64,000 bases of DNA from Cyanobium sp. (GCA_044370835.1 JBILUS010000013.1:10231-74230), one strand, 5' to 3'; positions 1-10,844 are shown, numbered from the stretch's first letter. The notes: generated by a model not told the origin, from the letters alone. Made by a program: numbers and translations.

Positions 1-119
1 CGCTGCTGGAAGCGGGCGTTCTCGGCGCAGGGGGTGAGGCCACCGATGTCGGCGCGGACCGCCGGAGCGAAGCCGAGGAACAGGAAGGCGGAGAGGAGTA
101 CGGCGAAAAGACGGCGCAT
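1..119 (-). CDS. psaF: Photosystem I subunit III (PsaF), N-terminal part; runs off the window edge
   Basis: Manual translation MRRLFAVLLSAFLFLGFAPAVRADIGGLTPCAENARFQQR: signal peptide followed by the PsaF GLTPC..N.RFQQR motif. Confidence 0.9.
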   Translation of the reverse strand, partial: MRRLFAVLLSAFLFLGFAPAVRADIGGLTPCAENARFQQ

Positions 120-192
120 GGGGAGGAGCCGGGAAGGGGCTGCCGCAGGGCAGGATGTCACGAGCGGACAGTAGGGGAGAGGCCAGGGACCG

Positions 193-1248
193 ATGCCCAC
201 CGTTCTGGCGCTCGAAACAAGTTGTGACGAGTCGGCGGCAGCGATCGTGCGCGACCGCGAGGTGCTGGCGAGCGCCGTGGCCTCCCAGGTGGAGGAGCAC
301 GCCCGCTGGGGCGGGGTGGTGCCGGAGATCGCCTCCCGCCGCCACCTTGAGGCCCTGCCGCCCTTGATCGCCGACGTGGTGGCCCGCAGCGGCGTGAGCC
401 TCCAGGAGGTGGACGCCATCGCCGCCACCGTGGCCCCCGGCCTGGTGGGGGCCCTGCTGGTGGGGTCCGTGACCGGTCGGACCCTGGCCCGCCTGCACGG
501 CAAGCCCTTCCTGGGGGTGCACCACCTGGAAGGCCACCTGGCCTCGGCCCAGCTGGGGGAGGAGCCCCTGGAGGGGGAAGCCCTGGTGCTGCTGGTGAGC
601 GGCGGCCACACCGAACTGGTGCGGGTCGACGCACCGGGCCGCTACCGGCGCCTGGGTCGCAGCCACGACGATGCCGCCGGCGAATGCTTCGACAAGGTGG
701 CTCGGCTGCTGGGGCTCGGCTACCCGGGCGGTCCCGCCATCGAGGCGGCCGCCGTGGGGGGCGATGCGGGGCGATTCCGGCTGCCGAAGGGGCGCGTGTC
801 GCTGCCCCAGGGGGGCTTCCACCCCTACGACTTCAGCTTCAGCGGCCTCAAGACGGCGGTGCTGCGGCAGGTGGAGGCCCTGCGCGCCGCCGGCGCGGCG
901 CTGCCGCTGGCGGACCTGGCGGCCAGCTTCGAGCAGGTGGTGGCCGAGGTGCTGGTGGAGCGGAGCTGCCGCTGCGCCCGCGACGAGGGCCTCGGCACCC
1001 TGGTGCTGGTGGGGGGGGTGGCCGCGAACCGCCGCCTGCGGGGCCTGCTGGCCGTGCGGGCGTCCGAGGCGGGGCTGGCCTGGCGGGTGGCCCCCCTGGC
1101 CTGGTGCACCGACAACGCGGCCATGGTGGGGGTGGCGGCCTGCCAGCGCCTGGCCAGCGGCTGCCGCAGTTCGATCGATCTGGGGGTGGCCCCCCGCCTG
1201 CCGCTCAGTGAGGCGGACCGCCTTTACGAAACCCAGCCCTGCTTTTAA
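193..1248 (+). CDS. tsaD: tRNA N6-adenosine threonylcarbamoyltransferase
   Basis: [62 protein letters not shown] motifs. Confidence 0.97.
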   Translation: MPTVLALETSCDESAAAIVRDREVLASAVASQVEEHARWGGVVPEIASRRHLEALPPLIADVVARSGVSLQEVDAIAATVAPGLVGALLVGSVTGRTLARLHGKPFLGVHHLEGHLASAQLGEEPLEGEALVLLVSGGHTELVRVDAPGRYRRLGRSHDDAAGECFDKVARLLGLGYPGGPAIEAAAVGGDAGRFRLPKGRVSLPQGGFHPYDFSFSGLKTAVLRQVEALRAAGAALPLADLAASFEQVVAEVLVERSCRCARDEGLGTLVLVGGVAANRRLRGLLAVRASEAGLAWRVAPLAWCTDNAAMVGVAACQRLASGCRSSIDLGVAPRLPLSEADRLYETQPCF

Positions 1249-1301
1249 TCGCCCTAGGGTGGTCTGATTCCCGTAGGCACGGCCCCCGGCCGTCTGCGCC
1301 C

Positions 1302-1583
1302 ATGGCCCCGGCGAACCCCGTGCCGTTCGACTCCAGCACCGACCCTCCCCTGGGGGCCGCACCCCAGGCCCTGCGGGAGCCCGAGGCTTCTGCCAACACC
1401 CCGGCGGCCGCAGCGCTCGAGGGCGCCGGCGGGCCGGAACCGGTCTCCCAGGAGGAGCTCAACGCCTGGCGGCGGGGCTTCACCCCCCAGGCCGAGATCT
1501 GGAACGGCCGGCTGGCGATGGTGGGGCTCTCGATGGGACTGGCGGTGCTGCTGCTTGCCCGCCTGGCCGGCCACGCCGGCTGA
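1302..1583 (+). CDS. High-light-inducible protein (Hli/Scp family)
   Basis: GFTPQAEIWNGRLAMVG chlorophyll-binding (ExxNGRxAMxG) motif followed by one TM helix. Confidence 0.9.
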   Translation: MAPANPVPFDSSTDPPLGAAPQALREPEASANTPAAAALEGAGGPEPVSQEELNAWRRGFTPQAEIWNGRLAMVGLSMGLAVLLLARLAGHAG

Positions 1584-1610
1584 TCCCGCCCCTGCGGCCT
1601 GGGCTGCGCT

Positions 1611-2846
1611 TCAGGTGCGGCCGCGCAGGGTCTGGGCCAGCTCGCCCGGCCGCTGGCTGTGGTGCATGGCCTCCTCGGTGGTCACCCGGCCCTCCTCCAC
1701 AAGCTTGGCCAGGGCCTGGTTGGCGGTCTGCATGCCGTCGAAGGCGCTGCGGGCCATGATCTCCTCGATCTGATCGAGATCGCCCTTGAGGATGTAATCA
1801 CGGCAGGCATCGGTGTTGATGAAGATGTCGTGGAAGGCGGCCCGCTTGCCATCGCTGGTCTTGACCAGCCCCTGGGCGATCACTCCCAGCAGCGTTTCCG
1901 AAACGGCCCGCCGCACGCTCTCCTGTTCCTGGGGCGGATACATGCCCAGCACCCGTTCCACGGTGCGAACGGCCGAATTGGTGTGAAGGGTGCCGAACAC
2001 CAGGTGGCCGGTCTGGGAGGCCTTGATCGCGGTGCTGAGCGTTTCCTGATCGCGGATCTCACCGATCAGGATCACATCGGGGTCCTCCCTGAGGGCCGCC
2101 CGCAGGGCATTCTGGAAGAGCAGGGTATGGGCACCAACCTCGCGCTGGCGCACCAGGGATTCGCGGCTCTGATGCACAAATTCCACCGGATCTTCGATGG
2201 TGAGCACGTGGCGCTTCATGGTGCGATTGATGAAATCAATCATCGCCGCCAGCGTGGTGCTCTTGCCGGAACCGGTCGGGCCGGTGACCAGGATCATTCC
2301 CTTCGGCCGCTCCGACAGCTCCTTGAGCACCGGCGGCAGGGACAGCTCCTCCATGGTGGCGATCCGCTGGGGGATCAGGCGCAGCACCATGGCGGGGCCC
2401 TGCACGGTCTGGAGCAGGTTGATCCGCACCCGCACGAAATCGAAGGCATGGGCGCCGTCGAATTCCTTGTGGTGCGCAAAGGTGTCGAAGCCGGTGGGTT
2501 CGAGGATTTCGCGCAGCCAGTCGCGGAAGGTCAGCGCATCGGTGACAGGCCAGCCGGTGCGCACGATGTCGCCACGGTTGCGGTAGCGGGGTTCCTCGCC
2601 CACCCCAAGGTGCACATCGGAGTAGTTGCGATCGAAGGCGTAGCGGACCAGTCCCTCGAGCGTGGTGGGGCACTCCCCCTCGGGCTGAACCGGAGCTGCG
2701 GCGGCCGCCGTGGGGGGCGACGGGAGCGGGGCGGGGGCGCCAGCCGCCGGTGAGGCCGCGGGCGGCGGCACCGCAGGCATCCCCAGCGGCGGAGGCGGGA
2801 GCGGAGCGGCGGGGGTGGGGCTGAACGCAAAGGGCAGTTCGGCCAT
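1611..2846 (-). CDS. pilT: Type IV pilus retraction ATPase, PilT2-like
   Basis: Walker A GPTGSGKST, TIEDPVE, ALREDPDVILIGEIRD, TGHLVFGTLHT; Pro/Ala-rich N-terminal extension; no AIRNLIRE motif. Confidence 0.9.
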   Translation of the reverse strand: MAELPFAFSPTPAAPLPPPPLGMPAVPPPAASPAAGAPAPLPSPPTAAAAAPVQPEGECPTTLEGLVRYAFDRNYSDVHLGVGEEPRYRNRGDIVRTGWPVTDALTFRDWLREILEPTGFDTFAHHKEFDGAHAFDFVRVRINLLQTVQGPAMVLRLIPQRIATMEELSLPPVLKELSERPKGMILVTGPTGSGKSTTLAAMIDFINRTMKRHVLTIEDPVEFVHQSRESLVRQREVGAHTLLFQNALRAALREDPDVILIGEIRDQETLSTAIKASQTGHLVFGTLHTNSAVRTVERVLGMYPPQEQESVRRAVSETLLGVIAQGLVKTSDGKRAAFHDIFINTDACRDYILKGDLDQIEEIMARSAFDGMQTANQALAKLVEEGRVTTEEAMHHSQRPGELAQTLRGRT

Positions 2847-2948
2847 GGACTCCGGCGGGACGCTGCCGAATCATGCTGGCACCGATCCCCGGCGGCTGCC
2901 AGCCAGGCCGAAGGTGGTGCCTAGGATCACGGGGTCCGCGGCCCGGCC

Positions 2949-4136
2949 TTGTCTGCCTCCTTCCCTGCAGCGCCCTCCGCCGCAGCGCCCCAGGCGCCCC
3001 CAGCGTCCGCCACCCCTGTGCCCCTGGTCACGATCGTGCTCGGCACCCGGCCGGAGGCGATCAAGCTGGCGCCGGTGATCCAGGCCTTCCTGGCCAGCGG
3101 CGATTTCCGCACCCGGGTGGTGCTCACCGGCCAGCACAAGGAGATGGTGGAGCAGGTGATGGCGTTGTTCGGCCTGGAGGCCGACCACGACCTGGCCCTG
3201 ATGGCGCCCAACCAGACCCTCACCCATGTGACCTGCGCGGCCCTGCAGGGGCTGCGGCAGGAGTTCCTCGAACACCGGCCCGCCCTGGTGCTGGTCCAGG
3301 GCGACACCACCACCGCCTTCGCCAGCGCCCTGGCCGCCTTCTACGAGCAGATCCCGGTGGGGCACGTGGAGGCGGGGCTGCGCACCGACAACCTCTTCGA
3401 TCCCTTTCCGGAAGAGGCCAACCGCCGCCTGATCTCCCAGGTGGCCCAGCTCCACTTCGCCCCCACCGATCGGTCCGCCGCCAACCTGCGGGCCTCCGGG
3501 GTGATCGGCGAGATCCTCACCACCGGCAACACGGTGATCGATGCGCTGCTGCAAACGGCCCGCACGGCGCCGGATCTGCAGCTGGAGGGTCTGGACTGGG
3601 ACCGCCAACGGGTGCTGCTGGCCACGGTGCACCGGCGCGAAAACTGGGGCGAGCGGCTCGAAGACATCGGCCGCGGCTTCCTGGCGGTGCTCGAGCGCTT
3701 CCCCGACACCGCCCTGCTGCTGCCGCTGCACCGCAATCCCACCGTGCGGGAGCCCCTGCAGGCCCTGCTGGGCGGCCATCCCCGCGCCTTCCTCACCGAA
3801 CCGCTCGACTACGACCGGCTGGTGGCGGCGATGCGCGGCTGCACCCTGCTGCTCTCCGATTCGGGCGGCCTGCAGGAAGAGGCCCCGGCCCTGGGCAAAC
3901 CGGTGCTGGTGCTGCGGCGGACCACCGAACGTCCCGAGGCGGTCGAGGCCGGCACCGCCCGCCTGATCGGCACCGACAGCGCCGCGATCCTCAGTGAAAC
4001 GGCGCGGCTGCTGGAGGATCCCGCCGCCTACGAGGCGATGGCCCGGGCCCACAACCCCTTCGGCGATGGCCTCTCCAGCGGGCGGATCGTGGAGGCCGCC
4101 CGGCGCTTCCTGCACCCGGCCCTGGCTGGCGCCTGA
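2949..4136 (+). CDS. wecB: UDP-N-acetylglucosamine 2-epimerase (non-hydrolysing)
   Basis: GTRPEAIKLAP, QGDTTT, GHVEAGLRT, PFPEE.NR, DSGGLQEEAP, RPE. Confidence 0.96.
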   Translation: MSASFPAAPSAAAPQAPPASATPVPLVTIVLGTRPEAIKLAPVIQAFLASGDFRTRVVLTGQHKEMVEQVMALFGLEADHDLALMAPNQTLTHVTCAALQGLRQEFLEHRPALVLVQGDTTTAFASALAAFYEQIPVGHVEAGLRTDNLFDPFPEEANRRLISQVAQLHFAPTDRSAANLRASGVIGEILTTGNTVIDALLQTARTAPDLQLEGLDWDRQRVLLATVHRRENWGERLEDIGRGFLAVLERFPDTALLLPLHRNPTVREPLQALLGGHPRAFLTEPLDYDRLVAAMRGCTLLLSDSGGLQEEAPALGKPVLVLRRTTERPEAVEAGTARLIGTDSAAILSETARLLEDPAAYEAMARAHNPFGDGLSSGRIVEAARRFLHPALAGA

Positions 4137-4172
4137 GAGCTGGGGTCTGAGGACGCCCGCCCGCGGCGGCCC

Positions 4173-5441
4173 TCAGGAGCGCTTCTTCTTGGCCCAGGGC
4201 GGCAGGTCGATGAACACGCGGGTGCCGGGCTGGAGCCCGGCGATCACCTGACTGTCGCGGCCGCTGCTCACCCCCAGCTCCACCGGTTGAAAACGGGGCT
4301 GGCGATCCTTGCCCACCAGCAGCACGCCGGGGCGGCCCTCCTCGGTCACCACCGCCACGGTGGGCACGAGGGTGCGGGCCTCCAGCCGGCCGGTCTGGAA
4401 ATCGATGTCGGCGGTCATGCCGATGCGCAGCTCCGGGGCCGGGTCCACCAGAGCGAGCTTCACCTCGAAGGAGGTGACGTTGTTGGTCTTGACGGCCCGC
4501 GGGGCGATCTGACGAATGCGGGCGGCGAAACGGCGGTCGGGGAAGGCATCCACCCGCACCGTGGCGGCCATGCCGGGGCGCAGCCGGCCCAGGTCGCTCT
4601 CGGGCACTTTGGCCAGCACCTCGAGGCCCTGGGAGAGCTCCACGATCGAGGAGCTGGTGGCGCCGGCGGTGGCCGAGGCGGTGGTGGTGGGGGTCACGAA
4701 GGCACCGGGATCGGCGTAGCGCTGGCTGATCACCCCGCTGAAGGGCGCCCGCACCAGCAGCTCGCCCTGCTCCACCTGCCGCTGGTCGAGCCGCTGGCGG
4801 GCGGCGGCCAGGGCCATCTGCTTCACCTCCTCATCGGCGCGGAAGCGGTTGAGGTCGTTGAGGCTGATCGCACCCTGGCGGTACAGGGGTTCGTTGCGGG
4901 CGCGCTCGCTGGCACTGCGGCGCAGTTCCGCCTGGGCGGAGCGCACGTTGGCCTGGATTTCCTCCTCCCGGTCGCCCAGGTCGCCCGGGTCCATGCGGGC
5001 CAGCACCTGACCGGCCTGCACCGCATCCCCCTCATCGACGAACAGCTCCTCGATCACCCCCTGGCGCCGGGGGCTCACGTTGACCCGCTCCACCGCATCG
5101 AGCTCACCGGTGGCGTTCACCACCCCGGGCAGGGAGCCGGAGCGGGCCAGCACGGTGTAAGGGGTCACATCGCGGGCGGCGCTCTGCCGCTGGCGCTGCC
5201 ACAGCCCCAGGCCGGCCAGCAGGGCCACAGCCGCCGCCAGGGCCAGCCAGGTGCCGCCGCGGCGGCTCCAGGGCGGCTGGCGCCGGGGCAGGGGGGTGGG
5301 GGCAGGGGGAACCACCAGGGCGGGAGCGGACGGTGGGGCGGGGTCCACCGATCGGAGGGGGGTCGGGGAGGCGATGGGAGGAGTCCCAGATGGGATCCAG
5401 TTTCGCCGGTCAGGAGGTGGGTTGTGGGTACGGTGCGCCAC
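4173..5441 (-). CDS. Efflux RND transporter periplasmic adaptor (HlyD/membrane fusion family)
   Basis: N-terminal TM, lipoyl-like half motifs (VDEGDAVQAGQVLA; VRAPFSGVI), coiled coil, LRIGMTA; start codon uncertain. Confidence 0.85.
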   Translation of the reverse strand: MAHRTHNPPPDRRNWIPSGTPPIASPTPLRSVDPAPPSAPALVVPPAPTPLPRRQPPWSRRGGTWLALAAAVALLAGLGLWQRQRQSAARDVTPYTVLARSGSLPGVVNATGELDAVERVNVSPRRQGVIEELFVDEGDAVQAGQVLARMDPGDLGDREEEIQANVRSAQAELRRSASERARNEPLYRQGAISLNDLNRFRADEEVKQMALAAARQRLDQRQVEQGELLVRAPFSGVISQRYADPGAFVTPTTTASATAGATSSSIVELSQGLEVLAKVPESDLGRLRPGMAATVRVDAFPDRRFAARIRQIAPRAVKTNNVTSFEVKLALVDPAPELRIGMTADIDFQTGRLEARTLVPTVAVVTEEGRPGVLLVGKDRQPRFQPVELGVSSGRDSQVIAGLQPGTRVFIDLPPWAKKKRS

Positions 5442-5484
5442 CCCTGGGGGGTGACGTCGCAGCAGCGACCCCTAGATTCCGGCC

Positions 5485-6576
5485 ATGCTCAAAGCCGGAA
5501 TCGTGGGGCTGCCCAATGTGGGCAAATCCACCCTCTTCAATGCCCTGGTGGCCAACGCCCAGGCCACCGCCGCCAATTTCCCCTTCTGCACGATCGAGCC
5601 CAACTCGGGTGTCGTGGCCGTGCCGGACGAGCGCCTGCAGCAGCTTTCGGCTGTTTCGAGCTCGAAGGAGATCATCCCCACCCGGGTCGAGTTCGTGGAC
5701 ATCGCCGGCCTGGTGAAGGGCGCCAGCCAGGGCGAGGGGCTGGGCAACAAGTTCCTGGCCAACATCCGTGAAGTTGACGCGATCGTGCACGTGGTGCGCT
5801 GCTTCGAGGACGACGACGTGATCCACGTGGCGGGCTCGGTCGATCCGCGCCGCGATGCCGAGGTGATCAACCTGGAGCTGGGGCTGGCCGACCTGTCCCA
5901 GGTGGAGAAGCGCCGCGAACGGCTGAAGAAACAGCTGCGCACCAGCAAGGAGGCCCAGCTCGAGGACACAGCCCTGGAACGGATCCAGGCGGTGCTGGAG
6001 CAGGGTGGCGCCGCCCGCTCGGTGAGCCTGGCCGAGGAGGAGGAGGTCCTGATCCGGCCCCTGGGCCTGCTCACCGCCAAACCGATCATCTACGCCACCA
6101 ACGTGAGCGAGGACGACCTGGCCGGCGGCAATGCTTTCGTGGACACGGTGCAGGCTCTGGCGGAGCAGGAGGGTGCCCTCTGCGTGAAGATCTCGGCCCA
6201 GGTGGAAGCGGAGCTGATCGAACTGCCCCAGGAGGAACGGTCCGAATTCCTGGCGGGCCTGGGGGTGAGCGAGGGGGGGCTGCGCAGCCTGATCCGCGCC
6301 ACCTACCAGCTGCTGGGCCTGCGCACCTACTTCACCACCGGTGAGAAGGAGACCCGCGCCTGGACGATCCGCGCCGGCATGACCGCCCCCCAGGCCGCCG
6401 GGGTGATCCACACCGATTTCGAGCGGGGCTTCATCCGCGCCCAGACGATCGGCTGGCAGCAGCTGCTGGAGGCCGGCTCCCTGGCGGAGGCCCGCAACCG
6501 CGGCTGGCTGCGCAGTGAGGGCAAGGAATATGTGGTGGCCGAGGGAGACGTGATGGAGTTTCTGTTCAACGTCTGA
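5485..6576 (+). CDS. ychF: Redox-regulated ATPase YchF
   Basis: [58 protein letters not shown]. Confidence 0.97.
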   Translation: MLKAGIVGLPNVGKSTLFNALVANAQATAANFPFCTIEPNSGVVAVPDERLQQLSAVSSSKEIIPTRVEFVDIAGLVKGASQGEGLGNKFLANIREVDAIVHVVRCFEDDDVIHVAGSVDPRRDAEVINLELGLADLSQVEKRRERLKKQLRTSKEAQLEDTALERIQAVLEQGGAARSVSLAEEEEVLIRPLGLLTAKPIIYATNVSEDDLAGGNAFVDTVQALAEQEGALCVKISAQVEAELIELPQEERSEFLAGLGVSEGGLRSLIRATYQLLGLRTYFTTGEKETRAWTIRAGMTAPQAAGVIHTDFERGFIRAQTIGWQQLLEAGSLAEARNRGWLRSEGKEYVVAEGDVMEFLFNV

Positions 6577-6708
6577 GCCCTTGAGAGCAAGCCGACCTCG
6601 GCATGCGCCAACCTGGGTTGACGCTGTCCACGCCCCAGCCATCGCCGCTCAGCCCCCGATCGCCCCCCTGTCGATGGCACGAGGCCGGAAGCCCGAGCAG
6701 GCTGGTCC

Positions 6709-9255
6709 TTGATGGACAAGCCCACCCTCCGATCAGCCCGCGCCCAGGGCGGACCTTTGCGGGCCAGGCGGGGCGTGACACGCCTGGTTCCTGGCTGGCT
6801 GCGGGGCTGGTGGAAGGAGGAGCGGCGTTCGCGGCGGGGTCGGCCGCTCCCCGGGGCTTCCGTGGCGGCAGGCGGCCTGGCCCTGGCGGGCCTGCTGGCG
6901 CTCGATGGCTGGATCCGCCTGGGGGCCCTGCAGGCCGAGCATGCGGCGCGGCTGCGCGAATCGATGGCGATCCTGCGGGCCACCTCGATCGGCATCGAAC
7001 GCACCACCCTGGACTGGGCCCACTGGGACAACCTCTACACCTGGTTCGCGGGGCAGAACCCCAGCTTCAGCCGTACGGATCTGGAAACCACCCCCCTGTT
7101 CGATGGCGGCGGGACCTTCCTGTTCTTTGAGCCCGATGGCCGCCCCCGGCTGAGCTTCAGCCGCCGGGGCTATGACCATCCCCACGACCGAGCCTTGATG
7201 GGCTGTGTGCAGAGCAACCTGAAGCAGCACCGCATCGGCTTGGGAGCGCTCCATCTGTTGTGCAAGGGCAGCCGTGGCACCCCCTATGTGGGAACGGTCA
7301 CCGCCATCAGCAACAGCGCCATGACCGCCACCCCGATCGGGGCCCTGGCGATGTTGGAACCGCTGATCAAGCCGGTCTTCGGCGCCTCCTACAACGACCC
7401 GCTGCGCTGGCTGATGGGCCGCCTGCGGGATGTACCGCCTTCCCATGCCACGCAACAGGGGAGGTCTGACCATCCCATCACCGTGCCCCTGCTGGGCCCA
7501 GCCATCCACGGGGAGAACGCCACGGTGCTGGCGCTGGCCCGGGAGCCCTACCTGCCCAGGGTGGCGCGCGGTCTGCTGAGGGATCTTCTGCTCACCCTCG
7601 CCTTCCTGGCCTCCCTGCTGCTGGTGCGGGCGCTGATGCTGATGGAACGGCGCCGCCAGCTGCTGATCCGGCGCCGGATCGAGCGTGGCGGCGAGCGACG
7701 CATCCGTCAGGCCAGCCGCGATCTCGACAAGCTGCTCGAACGGATGGGCCAGTCCTCCGTGGCGCCGGAGGGCGAAGAAGGCGTGATGGCGCGGTTGATC
7801 GCCGCAGGCGCCGCGGCGGCGCCCCCACCCCTGCTGGCGGCGGCTCCGCTGGAGCAGAAGCTGGAGCGGCTGGCCTCCCGCTTCCAGCACTTCCTGGAGC
7901 GGGCCCGCAGCCTGGCCCTGCTCGATCCGCTCACCCAGCTGCCGAACCGGCGCTACTTCATCGAGGAGATGCAGCGGCGGCTGGAGCAGTGCCAGCGCGG
8001 CGACGAGCGGTTGGCGATCCTGTTCGTGGATGTCGACAAGTTCAAGAACATCAACGACTCCTACGGCCATGCCGTGGGTGATGCGGCCCTGGTGCTGGTG
8101 GCCCACCACCTGCGCCGGCAGACACCCGAGCACGACTTCCTCGGCCGCTACGGCGGCGACGAATTCGCCATCCTGGTCAACCTCAACCGGCTGGCCGGCC
8201 GCGGCGAGCGCGATCCCCAGGCCGAGCTGATGGCCTTTGCCCGCAGCCTCACCGCACCGTTCAACACCGCGGTGGAGCTCGAAGGCATGGCGGTGGAGCT
8301 GAGCATCAGCGTGGGAATCACTGTGATCGATCCCACCGATGCGGATGGCCAGGCGGCGATGCGGCGCTCCGACATCGCCATGTACCGCGCCAAGCAGACC
8401 AACAGCAGCCCGATCGCCTTCTTCGAGGGCGGCGTCAACGACAGCCACCTCGACAGCTACCGCCTGTTCGGCGATCTGCGCCAGGCCATCCGGGAGCAGG
8501 CCTTCGCGGTGGTGTTCCAGCCGATCGTGAACCGTGCGGGAGAGATCGAGGCCGTCGAGGCTCTCGCCCGCTGGCACCATCCCGAACGGGGAGCGGTGCC
8601 ACCGGATGTGTTCCTGGATCTGGCGGAGCGCTACCGCCAGATGGATCCCCTCAGCAACCAGCTGATCACGCTGTCGCTGCAGCGCTTCCGGCCCCTGGCG
8701 GAACGCTGCTCCGAACTGCGCCTCTCCCTCAACTTGCCCCCCTCGAAACTGGCCGATCCCCAGCTGGTGCAGCAGCTGGATCGGGATCTGGCCGCCCATG
8801 GCCTCCGGGCCGAACGGATCACGATCGAGGTCACCGAGCGCTCGGTGCTGCAGACCAATGCCCGGGTGACGGACAACCTGGCGGCCCTGCGGCAGCGGGG
8901 GGTGCGGATTTCGCTCGACGACTTCGGCACCGGCCACTCCTCGCTCAGCCTGCTCAACACCCTCCAGCCCGATGAGGTGAAGATCGACCGCAGCTTCGTG
9001 CTCGCGATGGAGCACGACTGCTATTCCCGCCAGATCGTGACCCTGGTGTCGGACATGGCCCAGCGCATGGGCCTGCGGGTGGTGGCGGAGGGGGTGGAGG
9101 ACCAGGAGGTGCTGGACCACCTGCTCGCCCTGGGGGTGAGCCATTTCCAGGGGTTCCATTTCGCCAGGCCCCAGCCCCCCGAGCAGCTTCTGCAGCAGTG
9201 GCGGGGCGGTGCCCTGGCCGCCGGGGCCGCGGTGATCGGCGAGGATGGGGGCTGA
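6709..9255 (+). CDS. Membrane CHASE4-like sensor / diguanylate cyclase (GGDEF) / phosphodiesterase (EAL)
   Basis: DWAHWDNLY (CHASE4-like), two TM segments, DPLTQLPNRR, RYGGDEF, EALARW, DDFGTGHSS, KIDRSFV, VAEGVE. Confidence 0.9.
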   Translation: MMDKPTLRSARAQGGPLRARRGVTRLVPGWLRGWWKEERRSRRGRPLPGASVAAGGLALAGLLALDGWIRLGALQAEHAARLRESMAILRATSIGIERTTLDWAHWDNLYTWFAGQNPSFSRTDLETTPLFDGGGTFLFFEPDGRPRLSFSRRGYDHPHDRALMGCVQSNLKQHRIGLGALHLLCKGSRGTPYVGTVTAISNSAMTATPIGALAMLEPLIKPVFGASYNDPLRWLMGRLRDVPPSHATQQGRSDHPITVPLLGPAIHGENATVLALAREPYLPRVARGLLRDLLLTLAFLASLLLVRALMLMERRRQLLIRRRIERGGERRIRQASRDLDKLLERMGQSSVAPEGEEGVMARLIAAGAAAAPPPLLAAAPLEQKLERLASRFQHFLERARSLALLDPLTQLPNRRYFIEEMQRRLEQCQRGDERLAILFVDVDKFKNINDSYGHAVGDAALVLVAHHLRRQTPEHDFLGRYGGDEFAILVNLNRLAGRGERDPQAELMAFARSLTAPFNTAVELEGMAVELSISVGITVIDPTDADGQAAMRRSDIAMYRAKQTNSSPIAFFEGGVNDSHLDSYRLFGDLRQAIREQAFAVVFQPIVNRAGEIEAVEALARWHHPERGAVPPDVFLDLAERYRQMDPLSNQLITLSLQRFRPLAERCSELRLSLNLPPSKLADPQLVQQLDRDLAAHGLRAERITIEVTERSVLQTNARVTDNLAALRQRGVRISLDDFGTGHSSLSLLNTLQPDEVKIDRSFVLAMEHDCYSRQIVTLVSDMAQRMGLRVVAEGVEDQEVLDHLLALGVSHFQGFHFARPQPPEQLLQQWRGGALAAGAAVIGEDGG

Positions 9256-9276
9256 ACCCACGGCATTCGGCCTTCC

Positions 9277-9549
9277 ATGAGCCAGTCCCCCGGCGCCTCC
9301 CCCCAGGCCGGCCCCGCCGGGCAGGCCCCAGAGCCGGCTGATCCCGGGCGCAGCGGGCCCCAGGGCGCGGATTCCGCGCCGACAACGGCAGAGGCAGAGA
9401 AGGCGGCGGAGGAACACCTCCACAACTTCGCCGTGCAGAAGGAGGTGCATCGCCAGATCCGCAACGATCCCGACTACGACGACTGGGAGTACGGCACCGA
9501 ACCGCTGCCCAGCGAAGCCTGGAGTGCCCGGGCTCAGGCCACCGACTGA
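9277..9549 (+). CDS. Small acidic hypothetical protein
   Basis: 90-aa ORF filling the gap between genes; low-complexity N-terminus and a composed C-terminus (NDPDYDDWEYGTEPLP). Confidence 0.55.
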   Translation: MSQSPGASPQAGPAGQAPEPADPGRSGPQGADSAPTTAEAEKAAEEHLHNFAVQKEVHRQIRNDPDYDDWEYGTEPLPSEAWSARAQATD

Positions 9550-10844
9550 GACCGCGAAGAGGCTGAAGGATCAGCGGCAGAGCCGGCGGGAGGCCGGACC
9601 GCGATCGTTTCGGCGAGCCGCAACCGGCGCACCGGATTGAGGCCCGCCAGCAGCAGCGTGGCCATCACCAGCCAGAGCCCGGCCCCGTGGCGCTGGGTTT
9701 CAAGCAGAGCCCCGGCCAACAGGGGCGCCAGCACGGCGCTCACCGCGAAGCACTGGGAGAAGAGGGCCAGGGCCATGCCCCGGTGTTCGGGTGGTGCGAG
9801 CTCCACCACCGCCTCGGTGGCCGTGGGCAGGAAGGCCGCCTCCCCCAGGGCGAGGGGCAGCTGGGCCAGCAGCACCAGCGCCAGACCCCAGGGCAGCAGG
9901 GCGGAGAGGGCCAGCAGCACCGCGCCGGCGGCAAAGCACACCAGGCTCAGGGCCAGCCCGGTGCTCACCGGCCGCCGGGCCAGGGCGCGGCCCACGGGCC
10001 ACTGCAGCAGCAGCAGCAGCCCGAGCTGCAGGCCGATCAGCAGGGCCCCGGGCGCCACCGCCAGGGCGGGACGGCGCAGGCCGCCCCGCACCAGATCGAG
10101 GGGCAGGGCGCTCTGCAGCAGGGCGGGCATGGCGGTGGCCAGGAGCGCCACCAGCAGCAGCGGGGCCAGCCGGGGCAACCAGGGTGCAGCGGAAGCCTCG
10201 GCCGAGCTGGGGCCGGGCAGCGGGCGGGGATCGGCCCGCGGGCGGGGATCGGGCAGCGGGCGAAGCAGCAGCACCACCACCAGCAGCACCAGCCCGGCGA
10301 TGTCCACAAGGTAGATGCCCCGCAGCTGGCCCGCCGCCGCCAGCACGGCACCGATCAGGGCACCGATCACCACGCCGGCCGCATCGGCGGTGCGTGCCAG
10401 GGCAAAGGCCCGGGCCGAGGGGAGCGGACTGCAGGCGAGGGGCACCGCCAGCTCGATGGCGGGCCAGTAGAGGCCGGCGGCGATGCCGAGCAGCACCTGC
10501 CCCAACGCGAAGGCGGCAAACGACTGGGCCAGCAGCAGCACCCCATCGCCGGCGATGGCGGTGAGGGCGCCCAGCAACACCGGCCCGGAGCAGCGCAGGC
10601 CCCGATCGAGCAGGGCGCCGGCGAGCAGACGCCCCCCCGTGCCCGCCAGGGCCGCCAGGGCGATGCCGCCGGTCACCTGGGAGGGGGAGAAGGCCGCCTG
10701 GTGGAACACCAGGGGCGTGAGATAGAGCACCCCGCCATAGCCGAGGGCGGCGATCAGGCGCAGAACTGCCAGTTCCCGCAATGGCGCGGGAAACTGGAGC
10801 CACCAGGATCCCGATCCGGATGGCCGCTGGGGCTGCTCCAACAC
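9534..10844 (-). CDS. MFS transporter
   Basis: About 12 hydrophobic segments; GRLLAGALLDRG motif-A-like loop. Confidence 0.85.
   Translation of the reverse strand: MLEQPQRPSGSGSWWLQFPAPLRELAVLRLIAALGYGGVLYLTPLVFHQAAFSPSQVTGGIALAALAGTGGRLLAGALLDRGLRCSGPVLLGALTAIAGDGVLLLAQSFAAFALGQVLLGIAAGLYWPAIELAVPLACSPLPSARAFALARTADAAGVVIGALIGAVLAAAGQLRGIYLVDIAGLVLLVVVLLLRPLPDPRPRADPRPLPGPSSAEASAAPWLPRLAPLLLVALLATAMPALLQSALPLDLVRGGLRRPALAVAPGALLIGLQLGLLLLLQWPVGRALARRPVSTGLALSLVCFAAGAVLLALSALLPWGLALVLLAQLPLALGEAAFLPTATEAVVELAPPEHRGMALALFSQCFAVSAVLAPLLAGALLETQRHGAGLWLVMATLLLAGLNPVRRLRLAETIAVRPPAGSAADPSASSRSQSVA

Noticed and set aside
6733-9450. Long antisense ORFs (for example 6733-9450, 30119-32395, most of 32214-35630, 51682-53883, 59193-60776)
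   Set aside because: Shadow frames of real high-GC genes; no motifs and biased composition
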